Shown: positions 1 to 8,378 of the stretch, in pieces
Numbering within the stretch: position 1 is the stretch's first letter
Layout of the letters: each line of letters opens with the position of its first letter
IMG/VR virus record: IMGVR_UViG_646311924_000014
Source of the DNA: a virus
Lineage: Duplodnaviria; Heunggongvirae; Uroviricota; Caudoviricetes
Length of the DNA: 30,487 bases
Reading direction: 5' to 3' (one strand)
Notes under the pieces: model-generated
The model's input: the letters and a program-made list of their open reading frames with translations, nothing else
What the model was told of the DNA's origin: nothing
Database searches by the model: none
Translations under genes and position numbers: made by a program

Positions 1-1236
1 CTATGATAACCGCGCATTCAACATGGCTACCTGTTCGTCGTTCATGTCATCAATCCACATACCGTAAATTTCATACACCATCTGCGCAGTTTCATGCCCC
101 ATTTGGCTGGCTATAAATGCCGGGTTCGCTCCTGCCGTCAACAGCCAGCAGGCAAAAGTATGCCGCGTATGGTACGGATTACGGCGGCGAATACCAGCAC
201 GTTTTACTGCTGCATTCCACCTTGCCCCCAAACTGCTTACCGAGTAATAAGGTTTTTGTTTTCCGTTACACACCCTGGGCATGAAAACAAAATGCAGTTT
301 TTGCTTTTCGGTTCTGCCGTACTCCCGATGATAAAAGGTGATTTCGCTTTTGCGATGATGCCCGGTCAGTTTGTATTGCTCCTTCAGTGCTTCAAGAGCA
401 GGCTGCAGTAGTGTTACCGTCCGGATCCCCGCATTTGTTTTTGGGGGACCGAACATATCCAGTATCGTCAGGTTTCTTCTGACATTCACAACTCCCTTCT
501 CGAAATCCACATCCTCCCACGCCAGAGCAGCCAGTTCCCCGTGACGAAGCCCGGAGTATACGGCAAATTTCCACAAGTTCTGGCTCTGTCCTTTTTCACT
601 TTCCATTAATGCATTGAATTCTGTTTTAGATAACGGGTCAGGCTTTATTCTGTTTCTCTGTAATTTCTTTACTCCTTCAAATGGTTTGGTTGATATAAAT
701 CCCGACTGATACGCAAAACGTAACAACGAACAGAGCAGGGCGATATAGTTATCAACTGTGCGCACGGTTCTTCCTTTTTTGTTGGATCTTGGATTATCCA
801 GGTAAAGCGTTTCTCCATGCAGCAGTTCATTCCGGTAGTTTAAGATATCGCTATAACGAATATGCGATATCGGAGTACTCTCACAAATTATTATCCTGAG
901 TGTTTTTAATTGTGATTTCGTTTTCTTCATTGTGTTTGTTGTTAACTCTGTTTCTTTAATTTTTGTCCAGATATCACAAAGCTCCCCGAACGTTTTTATG
1001 ACCCTCGTTGTCACCATTTTTGCCCCAGTGCTGGACTGGGGAAAACGTCTTAAATACTCAAACTCACCGGAATTGATTTCATGAACTATCAACGCTCTTA
1101 AATTCCCGGCTTTTTTAATGTTACTGTTAGTAACCTCCCAGCCTTTCAATGTTTCCCGACATCGTTTTCCTCGAAACATGAACCAGATGCGAATGTATTT
1201 ACCTCGAATCTCGACACCTGTTGGTAATTTAGACAT
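1..1236 (-). CDS. int: Phage tyrosine integrase (411 aa), Rac/lambdoid type; stop codon is at window position 1-3
   Basis: Full-length minus-strand ORF; C-terminal region carries the R...HxxR...Y catalytic pattern of tyrosine recombinases (HTRHTFA... YxxY); sits next to an excisionase-like gene. Confidence 0.9.
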   Translation of the reverse strand: MSKLPTGVEIRGKYIRIWFMFRGKRCRETLKGWEVTNSNIKKAGNLRALIVHEINSGEFEYLRRFPQSSTGAKMVTTRVIKTFGELCDIWTKIKETELTTNTMKKTKSQLKTLRIIICESTPISHIRYSDILNYRNELLHGETLYLDNPRSNKKGRTVRTVDNYIALLCSLLRFAYQSGFISTKPFEGVKKLQRNRIKPDPLSKTEFNALMESEKGQSQNLWKFAVYSGLRHGELAALAWEDVDFEKGVVNVRRNLTILDMFGPPKTNAGIRTVTLLQPALEALKEQYKLTGHHRKSEITFYHREYGRTEKQKLHFVFMPRVCNGKQKPYYSVSSLGARWNAAVKRAGIRRRNPYHTRHTFACWLLTAGANPAFIASQMGHETAQMVYEIYGMWIDDMNDEQVAMLNARLS

Positions 1237-1237
1237 A

Positions 1238-1453
1238 TCATGAGTCTTTGATAAACTGATTTATCTTTGGATAGTTATACCAGATAATCCCTCGCTTACT
1301 GTCTGGCTTCCCTAAAGGAGATACTCGTTTGAAGTGGAAGCCTTCCACCCAACAGTTCTGGCGGTATGCTTCAATTTGTCTGGCCCCCAGACCAGTGCGA
1401 AGCATCAGGCCGTATTCAACCATCCACTCTTCATTAAAGATTACTTGTGCCAT
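1238..1453 (-). CDS. xis: Excisionase-like small DNA-binding protein (71 aa from the internal ATG MAQVIF...)
   Basis: Small ORF immediately upstream of int on the same strand (stop at 1238-1240, int start at 1236); size and position typical of xis; start chosen at ATG 1451-1453. Confidence 0.6.
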   Translation of the reverse strand: MAQVIFNEEWMVEYGLMLRTGLGARQIEAYRQNCWVEGFHFKRVSPLGKPDSKRGIIWYNYPKINQFIKDS

Positions 1454-1552
1454 CGCATCACCTCTGGCAGGCGCCAATGTTAGACTTAAATTGACGCCCG
1501 ATGTTGATTATTAATAATCAGCTATGAAGTTTTAATTTGAATACAATGCAAT

Positions 1553-1813
1553 TCACGAGGACTGAAGTTTCTCGCAATTAAAATTTATCAGTTTTACTTT
1601 CTGCTCTCTGGAAACGCCTGCTTCTTTTTTACCTGAGAGCATTTTTTCGCATTCTGATTTCGTTAGTTTAGATTTTGAATATCTTGTCCAGTTAGTAGGA
1701 GTGCCACCTTCCTTTTCAATAGTGGCGGTAATTTTATACATGAACACCTCCATTATTATTTCCAGTGGTTCGTTTATTTCATCGTTCGAGTGCTTCTTTT
1801 TCACTTCCACCAT
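1553..1813 (-). CDS. Hypothetical prophage early-region protein (86 aa)
   Basis: ORF with ATG start, same strand as int/xis, Lys-rich; no family recognised; overlaps the 3' end of the Lar-like ORF in another frame. Confidence 0.4.
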   Translation of the reverse strand: MVEVKKKHSNDEINEPLEIIMEVFMYKITATIEKEGGTPTNWTRYSKSKLTKSECEKMLSGKKEAGVSREQKVKLINFNCEKLQSS

Positions 1814-1940
1814 AACCGGTTCGGGATTCGCATCCGTTACACTTCGCTCGGTAATATCCTGAAATGGCTTTCACCGTTACTGATGGACAACCACAAAATG
1901 GACATGGTTTAACATTGTCATATCTCATAATTTTTCTCAT
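1779..1940 (-). CDS. Lar/RalR-like restriction-alleviation protein (53 aa, Cys4 motif)
   Basis: Hand translation: MRKIMRYDNVKPCPFCGCPSVTVKAISGYYRAKCNGCESRTGYGGSEKEALER; CPFCGC...CNGC zinc-ribbon pattern and position next to recT as in the Rac prophage; below the 60-aa cut-off of the ORF track. Confidence 0.5.
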   Translation of the reverse strand: MRKIMRYDNVKPCPFCGCPSVTVKAISGYYRAKCNGCESRTGYGGSEKEALER

Positions 1941-1983
1941 AAAAATATTTCAAGTTGGCGGTGCATTACACCGCCAGGCTGAA

Positions 1984-2196
1984 TTATTCCTCTGAATTAT
2001 CGATTACACTGTATTCCCCGGTTAATACAGAGGAATCTGCAGGATCGATTGTCAGTGGTTCCTTTTCATCCATTGATACTGCACGCTGGATCTCAATTGA
2101 TACGGGCAGATATTTGAACAGGCGACGAATAGCCGTTTTCTTTGCCATTTCTTCCCAGTGAGTTACCCACGGCCCGTTATTACCAGCTTTACTCTG
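1984..2196 (-). pseudogene. recT: 3' fragment of recT (ssDNA-annealing recombinase), truncated by IS629
   Basis: Minus-strand frame open from the IS boundary to TAA at 1984-1986, encoding ...WEEMAKKTAIRRLFKYLPVSIEIQRAVSMDEKEPLTIDPADSSVLTGEYSVIDNSEE, recalled as the RecT C-terminus; no upstream part of the gene exists on the other side of the IS. Confidence 0.6.
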
Positions 2197-2238
2197 TGAA
2201 CCGCCCCGGGTTTCCTGGAGAGTGTTTTATCTGTGAAC

Positions 2239-3129
2239 TCAGGCTGCCAGATCATCGTTTCCGATGGAAGCATAATAAGCTTTTTCTGCTTCTGCCGGAG
2301 GAGTATGGCCCAGCCTTCCCAGCAATCGTCGATTGTTATACCAGTCCACCCACGTTAGTGTGGCCAGTTCCACTTCTGCACGGTTTTTCCAGCTCTTACG
2401 GTGTATTACCTCCGCTTTGTAAAGACCATTGATGCTCTCAGCCATCGCGTTGTCATACGAGTCGCCTGTACTCCCTGTTGATGCCAGTAATCCGGCTTCT
2501 TTTAGTCGCTCCGTATAGGCCAGTGACACATACTGAGAGCCTTTATCGCTGTGATGGATGGTGCCAGACGGACGACGGGCCCACAACGCCTGCTCCAGCG
2601 CATCCAGCACGAATGTCGTTTCCATAGACGATGAGACCCGCCACCCCACGATGTATCCGGCAAACACATCAATGATAAACGCCACATAGACGAAGCCCTG
2701 CCATGTGCTGACGTAAGTAAAATCAGCCACCCACAGCTGGTCAGGTCGTTCTGCCACGAACTGACGGTTTACGCGGTCGCCTGCGGCAACGGCTTTCCGG
2801 CTGATGGTCGTACGGACCTTTTTACCCCGGAGAACACCGGCAAGTCCCATAACCGCCATGAGACGTGCCACTGTACATCTGGCCACCCTGATTCCTTCCC
2901 GTAACAACTGACGCCAGACTTTACGCACACCGTACACCTGATGATTTTCATCGTATACGCGCTGTATCTCTCTCTTCAGCCAGTCGTCGTGCTGCGCACG
3001 GGCACTGCGTTTATCCGGATGATGTCGCTGTTGCTGACAATGGTAATACGTTGACGGGGCAATATGCAGTTCGCTGCATACCGGTCCGACCCCGTACTGC
3101 TCACGCAGCTTATCCAGCAGTGGCATCAT
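2239..3129 (-). CDS. IS629 OrfB (DDE transposase catalytic domain, 296 aa; expressed as OrfAB by -1 frameshift)
   Basis: IS3-family OrfB sequence pattern (…HSDKGSQY…YDNAMAES…); starts at ATGATG directly after the A6 run that ends orfA. Confidence 0.9.
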   Translation of the reverse strand: MMPLLDKLREQYGVGPVCSELHIAPSTYYHCQQQRHHPDKRSARAQHDDWLKREIQRVYDENHQVYGVRKVWRQLLREGIRVARCTVARLMAVMGLAGVLRGKKVRTTISRKAVAAGDRVNRQFVAERPDQLWVADFTYVSTWQGFVYVAFIIDVFAGYIVGWRVSSSMETTFVLDALEQALWARRPSGTIHHSDKGSQYVSLAYTERLKEAGLLASTGSTGDSYDNAMAESINGLYKAEVIHRKSWKNRAEVELATLTWVDWYNNRRLLGRLGHTPPAEAEKAYYASIGNDDLAA

Positions 3130-3452
3130 TTTTTCCAGAGGCGGTCGAACTCCGCCTTCGCAAAATAAGCGGAAGCCTGGCGAAGGATATCGTTACTGCG
3201 GCGCAGTTCACGATTTTCACGTTCCAGCTCTTTCAGACGCTGACGTTCAGCGCTGGTGAGCCCACCATCACCGCCCCCGGTATCCCGCTCATGCTGGCGA
3301 ACCCAGACACGCAGAGTCTCCGGCGTACAGCCAATCTTTGGGGCAATGGAACAAATTGCCGCCCACTGTGAGTCATATTCATCCTGACTTTCCAGAACCA
3401 TACGAATCGCCCGCTGACGGACTTCGGGGGAAAAACGAGTATTTTTAGTCAT
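3126..3452 (-). CDS. IS629 OrfA (HTH transposase N-terminal protein, 108 aa)
   Basis: [23 protein letters not shown]... with a leucine-zipper-like C-terminus, typical IS3-family OrfA. Confidence 0.9.
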   Translation of the reverse strand: MTKNTRFSPEVRQRAIRMVLESQDEYDSQWAAICSIAPKIGCTPETLRVWVRQHERDTGGGDGGLTSAERQRLKELERENRELRRSNDILRQASAYFAKAEFDRLWKK

Positions 3453-3510
3453 CCTGTTTACCTCTTTCTCAGGGAGTTTAGTCTCCAGGATTTCCGGGGC
3501 GGTTCAGTTT

Positions 3511-3705
3511 TTGTTGGAGAACGGAATAATGTATCGCCTCGCTGGAAAAATGACGCCTTACTCGCATCACCTGGATGCGGGGCGGTTTAGCGTGAAAACG
3601 GGCGAGGCGGGCAATGGTCATGCTTTTACGCAGGTTAAATTCACCCCAAAAGGTGTTCAGTGGATTGCTGGTCTGCTTGCTGCATGGAGAGCTACCGCAG
3701 CATGA
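3511..3705 (+). pseudogene. Truncated ORF abutting the right end of IS629; probable 3' remnant of a lysis-region gene (antirepressor or endolysin?)
   Basis: Open frame starts 5 bp after the IS end with no plausible ATG or RBS; lies just upstream of Rz; identity not recognised. Confidence 0.25.
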
Positions 3706-3942
3706 AGATGATAAAAACGGACTGGAAATTTTTGCTGGTCTGGCTGATTCCGTTTTTATGGGTGGTTGCCCGGTTAATTACTGCTATTAAGGGGTAAAGA
3801 TGTCAGACAAACTCATAATGCTGGCGAAGGGCCTTTGTGTAATCGTCGGTATTTCATTTTCACTAATGCTGGTTGTTCTTTTTCTTTCCATAACCTGGAT
3901 GGCGTTGACTTCGGCAGGGCTGGTGGGGTGAGCATAAACCGA

Positions 3943-4401
3943 ATGCTTTCCGCGTTTACCGTTATTCTGCTGGTGGTCTGTGGTGCGCTTAGTCTGGGGC
4001 TGAATCATTACCGCGATAACGTCATCACCTACAAAGCGCAGCGCGATAAAAAAGCCAGAGAGCTGGAGCTGGCAAACGCAACCATTACTGATATGCAGGT
4101 GCGCCAGCGCGATGTTGCTGCGCTCGATGCAAAATACTCGAGGGAATTAGCCGATGCGAGAGCTGAAAATGAAACTCTGCGTGCTGATGTTGCCGCTGGT
4201 CGTAAGCGCCTGCGGATCAACGCCACCTGCTCCGGTACCGTGCGTGAAGCCACCGGCACCTCCGGCGTGGATAATGCAACCGTCCCCCGACTGGCAGACA
4301 CCGCTGAACGGGATTATTTCATCCTCAGAGAACGGTTGATGACAATGCAGAAGCAGCTGGAAGGGGCACAGGACTATATCCGCACTCAGTGCCTGAACTA
4401 A
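3943..4401 (+). CDS. Rz: Rz inner-membrane spanin (i-spanin)
   Basis: N-terminal TM segment then coiled-coil; strong similarity to recalled lambda Rz (…NHYRDN.ITYKAQRDK.ARELELANA.ITDMQ.RQRDVAALDAKY…ERDYF.LRERL.TMQKQLEG.Q.YI…); ATG at 3943 chosen over the TTG at 3835 reported by the ORF track. Confidence 0.85.
   Translation: MLSAFTVILLVVCGALSLGLNHYRDNVITYKAQRDKKARELELANATITDMQVRQRDVAALDAKYSRELADARAENETLRADVAAGRKRLRINATCSGTVREATGTSGVDNATVPRLADTAERDYFILRERLMTMQKQLEGAQDYIRTQCLN
4154..4339 (+). CDS. Rz1: Rz1 outer-membrane lipoprotein spanin (o-spanin), embedded in Rz in the +1 frame
   Basis: Lipobox (LVVSAC) followed by a Pro-rich segment (CVKPPAPPAWIMQPSPDWQTPLNGII), matching lambda Rz1; fully nested within Rz. 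Confidence 0.8.
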   Translation: MRELKMKLCVLMLPLVVSACGSTPPAPVPCVKPPAPPAWIMQPSPDWQTPLNGIISSSENG

Positions 4402-4739
4402 GTTTTGCTGATGCGCCGTATCGTCGCTGTATTCCCTCATTAACAGAGACCGCAGCCCGACAGGGAGACTCCTCTGCGCGAGTGTGCGGGGAGAATCAAA
4501 AACGATACGCACCGGGGTTTACCGCGTTAACGGAGCGCGGCGTTGTCCCCTCATGGTCGCTGGTTCGGTGCGATGGTGGAAGAAACCGGACGATGTGTTA
4601 CCTCGCAAGACCTGTTATGTCATGTGTCTGATTTGTGATTTAAGTCGGATAATTGTCGTTGCCATTAAGCAGAGGATTGATGGCCGACAGGGTGGCATTG
4701 TTAGAATAAGACTTATTCTTATCTGTGCCGGGAATGAAA

Positions 4740-5066
4740 ATGAAAAGAAATCTTCCGTTAATTATTTTGTTGTCTTCTCTGGTTATGGGCTGTACGCAAC
4801 ATAAAACAGATATGCCCCGACAGTTGGTTAAGGCATTACCACAATATCCGGCCTATGCAGCGGCAAATTATATAAAGGGACGGGTTGATGTGAAGTTTGA
4901 TATTGGTGCTGATGGTACTGTCACCCGAATTGAGTTTATCCGTTCAGAGCCGCACCATCTGTTTGATGAGCAGGTTGTAAAGGCGATGGCAAAATGGCGA
5001 TTTGAGAAGGACAGGCCGCGTAAAGGCGTGAAGAAAACGTTTATCTTTAGTCCTTCTGCACCCTGA
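4740..5066 (+). CDS. Lipoprotein consisting of a TonB C-terminal-like domain (about 108 aa)
   Basis: Signal peptide with lipobox (LSSLVMGC); mature part LPQYPAYAAANYIKGRVDVKFDIGADGTVTRIEFIRSEPHHLFDEQVVKAMAKWRFE aligns by eye with E. coli TonB CTD ([34 protein letters not shown]...FEREVKNAMRRWRYE); start taken at ATG 4740. Confidence 0.6.
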   Translation: MKRNLPLIILLSSLVMGCTQHKTDMPRQLVKALPQYPAYAAANYIKGRVDVKFDIGADGTVTRIEFIRSEPHHLFDEQVVKAMAKWRFEKDRPRKGVKKTFIFSPSAP

Positions 5067-5197
5067 TTATTTCATCAGAAATTAATTATCACTCTGTTGT
5101 TATTCTGTACATTCCGGCTGGGTAAGTCTTGTTCCGCCGGGTATGAAGATGAAATATTGTTGGAGGACAGTGGGTACCTGCTCCTGTAACCGAACGT

Positions 5198-5398
5198 TCA
5201 TTTCTCGTTATTTGTCATGCTGGCCGGACGCAGATGCGTTGCATCTGTTGCCAGCCTTCTCCTGCAGGCTTCAATAACCCACGCTGAAAAGTTACCGGAA
5301 CCTTTATGTTCAAGGGCGATATTGATCTGTTCAATCATGTGATTGGGGAAACGGATATTGCGGGTTGTGGTTCTGCGGGTCCGGTTTTTCGATGACAT
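5198..5398 (-). CDS. YlcI/DUF3950-like small protein (66 aa), putative ribbon-helix-helix DNA-binding protein
   Basis: MSSKNRTRRTTTRNIRFPNHMIEQINIALEHKGSGNFSAWVIEACRRRL resembles recalled DLP12 YlcI; good RBS (AAAGGA) before ATG 5398; sits just upstream of the packaging genes. Confidence 0.5.
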   Translation of the reverse strand: MSSKNRTRRTTTRNIRFPNHMIEQINIALEHKGSGNFSAWVIEACRRRLATDATHLRPASMTNNEK

Positions 5399-5439
5399 AT
5401 TTATTTCCTTTACTGATTGCCATATGACGGGGATTTTAC

Positions 5440-5805
5440 ATGGCTGAGCTTCGTACACTCCAGAGCAGAATCAAAACACTGAATACCCGACGGGTGAATA
5501 TTCTGAAGGGTGAACAGCGTCGTGTCAGTGGCAGTGCACGTGTTTCCCTCAAGCGTCATATCTGGCTCAGGGATGCCGGGCAGTGCTGTCTCTGTGGTCG
5601 TGTGGTTGACCTCTGTGACAGTGAACTCGATCACCGAATTGCACTTCAGTTCGGTGGTGGTAATGAGGAGACGAATCTCTGGACGCTCTGTACCGAATGC
5701 CATCGACAAAAGTCTGCTCGTGAAGCGGCGGGTGGTATGCCGGACCCGACGCTGCCGGAGGTGTCCGGAGGTAGTGGCAGAGCGGACGACATCATCGGAC
5801 TGTAA
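5440..5805 (+). CDS. HNH endonuclease (packaging-associated)
   Basis: CxxC...DHRIALQFGG...N..LCTECH zinc-finger HNH motif; directly upstream of the terminase genes as in HK97-like cos phages. Confidence 0.85.
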   Translation: MAELRTLQSRIKTLNTRRVNILKGEQRRVSGSARVSLKRHIWLRDAGQCCLCGRVVDLCDSELDHRIALQFGGGNEETNLWTLCTECHRQKSAREAAGGMPDPTLPEVSGGSGRADDIIGL

Positions 5806-5895
5806 CCCGAGCGGGGGGGTATCATCCGGCGTAAAAAACGATCGCTCCGGACACCGCGCCCCCTCTCACGCAGAGAAAAAATTCCCGTTTCAGGG

Positions 5896-6021
5896 CAGTT
5901 AACATGTTAACTGGCTGTCCGGGCATTTTTGCGGTTTTTATCTTTATTATTCAGTTTGTTGTGCGAAAAAAATGTTAACTGGCTTTTTCATCAAATGTTA
6001 ACCAGGCAGCAGTTAACATTT
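5896..6021. promoter_or_regulatory. Candidate packaging (cos/terminase-recognition) region with five copies of ATGTTAAC in palindromic arrangement
   Basis: Perfect 18-bp palindrome CAGTTAACATGTTAACTG (5896-5913); AATGTTAACTGG (5971-5982); inverted pair AAATGTTAAC-N9-GTTAACATTT (5993-6021); located between HNH and terS. Confidence 0.35.
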
Positions 6022-6093
6022 GCGGCATGAGACGCCGGGAAAAATGGGCTGAACCATACCCGGCTGAGTGCGTTCTGGACCCGGGAGGAGGCT

Positions 6094-6657
6094 GTGCTGA
6101 CAACGCAAAAACGAAAATTTGCGCTGGCGCTCATGTCCGGGAAAAACAAAACAGCGTCAGCCATTGCCGCTGGTTATTCGGCGAAGACCGCCAGGGTTAA
6201 AGGCTCGCAGCTGGCAAAAGATCCGGAGGTGCTTGCGTTTATAGCCCGTAAACAATGCGAGACGGTGGAGGTGGATGAGGTTCCTGTTTACCGGCAGAAA
6301 AAATCAGAGCAGGAGGATAAACCCCGTCGCCGTGAGGCGGCTGCAATACCACAGCCGGACGAAAACAATCCGGAGATGCCACCGTCCGCGGTGATGTCTC
6401 CTGGTATTGAATATATGGAGGATGGTCTTCCCGATCCGGTGAAAGCGATGGGGCGTCTTCTGGTGGAGAACATTAATACCGACCCCAGGCTGGCGCTGGA
6501 TGCGGCTTATAAGCTGGCGCAGTTCACGCACCATAAAAAAGGGGATGCCGGTAAAAAATCGGCAAAAGGTGACGCGGCGAAAAAAGCGGCTAACCGTTTT
6601 GCGGTGCCACCACCACCCCGCCTGGTGGTGAATAATGATAATGAGGGCAACGGATGA
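6094..6657 (+). CDS. Terminase small subunit
   Basis: GTG start 8 nt after a perfect GGGAGGAGG Shine-Dalgarno; N-terminal HTH pattern (…FALALMSGKNKTASAIAAGYSAKTA…) typical of small terminase; ATGA overlap with terL. Confidence 0.8.
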   Translation: MLTTQKRKFALALMSGKNKTASAIAAGYSAKTARVKGSQLAKDPEVLAFIARKQCETVEVDEVPVYRQKKSEQEDKPRRREAAAIPQPDENNPEMPPSAVMSPGIEYMEDGLPDPVKAMGRLLVENINTDPRLALDAAYKLAQFTHHKKGDAGKKSAKGDAAKKAANRFAVPPPPRLVVNNDNEGNG

Positions 6658-8315
6658 TACCTGTGTGGAGCACGGCCTGCCCGGACTGGGCAGAGCGCCT
6701 GAAAAAGGGGCTGTCGATTATTCCGGCTCCGATTTATCCGGACCAGGCTGCACATGCACTGGCGATTTTTAAACAACTGCGAATTGTGGATGCACCGGGT
6801 AGCCCGACATTCGGGGAGTCCTGTGCACCGTGGGTGTTTGACCTGGTGGCGGCCCTGTTTGGCTCCTACGATGCGCAGACCGGTGTTCGCCATATCAAGG
6901 AAGTGTTTATCCTTATCCCCAAGAAAAACTCGAAGTCCACGCTGGCTGCGGGGATCATGATGACGGCGCTGTTACTGAACTGGCGGCAGGCGGCGGGCTA
7001 CACCATTCTGGCCCCGACCGTGGAGGTGGCGGCTAACGCCTTCAACCCTGCCAGGGATATGGTACGACGGGACGATGATCTGGATGACCTCTGTCAGGTG
7101 CAGACACATATCCGGACCATCACCCATCGGGTGACGGACACCACCCTGAAGGTGGTGGCAGCCGATCCGAATACGGTGTCCGGTATCAAGTCCGTGGGGA
7201 CTCTGATTGATGAACTGTGGCTGTTTGGCAAGCAGTACAAGGCGGAAGACATGCTACGTGAAGCCATCGGCGGGCTTGCCTCCCGTCCGGAAGGGTTTGT
7301 GGTGTATACGACCACCCAGTCGAATGAACCGCCCGCCGGGGTGTTCAGACAGAAACTGCAGTATGCCCGGGATGTGCGCGACGGCAAAATTCATGATCCG
7401 CACTTTCTGCCGGTGATTTTTGAGCATCCTCCTGAAATGGTGGAAAGCGGGGCTCACCTGCTGATGGAAAACCTCGCCATGGTTAACCCGAATCTCGGTT
7501 ATTCGGTGGATGAGGCCTTTCTGTACCGGGAGTACCGTAAAGCCCGGGAGGCTGGTGAGGAAGCATTTCGTGGCTTCATGTCAAAACACGCCAATGTGGA
7601 AATTGGTCTTGCCCTGCGTTCTGACCGCTGGGCAGGGGCGGATTTCTGGGAGCAGCAGGGCAGGCGCGTCAGCCTGGACGATATCCTGCAGCGCGCTGAT
7701 GTGGTGACGGTGGGGATTGACGGCGGGGGCCTGGATGATCTGCTGGGAATGTACGTGACTGGCCGTGACAGGGAAACCCGCGAATGGCTGGGCTGGGGCC
7801 ATGCCTGGGTGCATGAAACCGCGGTGGTCAGACGGAAGAGTGAGGCATCCCGGTTTCAGGATTTTGTGGCCTGTGGAGACATGACGATTGTCCGTCGGGT
7901 CGGGGATGACACGGCGGAAGTGGCGGAGTATGTGCGTCGTATTCATGAGGCTGAGTTACTGGATCATATCGGTATTGACCCGTCAGGTGTGGGGCAGATT
8001 CTGGATTCACTGGCGGAAGCCGGGATCCCCGATGAGAGTGTGGTGGGGATAAGCCAGGGCTGGAAGCTGGGCGGGGCCATCAAAACCACCGAGCGCAAAC
8101 TGGCTGAAGGGGTGCTGATTCACGGTGATCAGCCCCTGATGGCCTGGTGTGTCGGTAATGCCCGGGTGGAGCCTAAAGGTAACGCCATTCTTATCACCAA
8201 ACAGGCCAGCGGACGGGGAAAAATTGACCCGCTGATGGCGCTGTTCAATGCGGTCTCCCTGATGTCCCTTAACCCGGAACCGAAAAAGAAAGAATATGCG
8301 GTTTTTTTCATATAA
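6654..8315 (+). CDS. Terminase large subunit (553 aa)
   Basis: Size, position and ATPase/nuclease organisation of HK97-type TerL (…LIPKKNSKST… P-loop-like segment; acidic nuclease motifs in the C-terminal half). Confidence 0.9.
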   Translation: MIPVWSTACPDWAERLKKGLSIIPAPIYPDQAAHALAIFKQLRIVDAPGSPTFGESCAPWVFDLVAALFGSYDAQTGVRHIKEVFILIPKKNSKSTLAAGIMMTALLLNWRQAAGYTILAPTVEVAANAFNPARDMVRRDDDLDDLCQVQTHIRTITHRVTDTTLKVVAADPNTVSGIKSVGTLIDELWLFGKQYKAEDMLREAIGGLASRPEGFVVYTTTQSNEPPAGVFRQKLQYARDVRDGKIHDPHFLPVIFEHPPEMVESGAHLLMENLAMVNPNLGYSVDEAFLYREYRKAREAGEEAFRGFMSKHANVEIGLALRSDRWAGADFWEQQGRRVSLDDILQRADVVTVGIDGGGLDDLLGMYVTGRDRETREWLGWGHAWVHETAVVRRKSEASRFQDFVACGDMTIVRRVGDDTAEVAEYVRRIHEAELLDHIGIDPSGVGQILDSLAEAGIPDESVVGISQGWKLGGAIKTTERKLAEGVLIHGDQPLMAWCVGNARVEPKGNAILITKQASGRGKIDPLMALFNAVSLMSLNPEPKKKEYAVFFI

Positions 8316-8378
8316 CCCTGTTCACACTGTAACCATCACGAACCGCTCCGGCGGTTTTTTTATTTTCAGGAGGCTGAT

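Larger units (their letters stand above)
2197..3506 (-). mobile_element. IS629-like insertion sequence (IS3 family), 1310 bp, complete
   Basis: Imperfect terminal inverted repeats TGAACCGCCCCGG(G/A)...CCTGGAGA at both ends; orfA and orfB in -1 frame arrangement with an A6 slippery run at 3127-3135; OrfB has a DDE transposase core. Confidence 0.85.

Noticed and set aside
2194-3509. Target-site duplication flanking IS629
   Set aside because: The 3-bp flanks are CTG (left) and GTT (right) and do not match; interpreted as evidence for IS-associated deletion or recombination rather than as a TSD.
3835-3942. TTG-initiated N-terminal extension of the Rz ORF in the ORF track
   Set aside because: Lambda Rz begins at the position equivalent to ATG 3943 (TM helix directly at the N-terminus); the extension is not conserved-looking and overlaps the small upstream ORFs.
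4147-4512. 121-aa minus-strand ORF overlapping Rz/Rz1, considered as a possible bor
   Set aside because: No signal peptide or lipobox, no resemblance to Bor, and it overlaps the well-supported Rz/Rz1 pair; no bor-like gene appears to be present.
4701-4721. Possible Fur box upstream of the TonB-C lipoprotein gene
   Set aside because: The palindrome AGAATAAGACTTATTCT is AT-rich and symmetric but does not match the GATAATGATAATCATTATC consensus well enough to call iron regulation; kept only as an unassigned operator-like palindrome.
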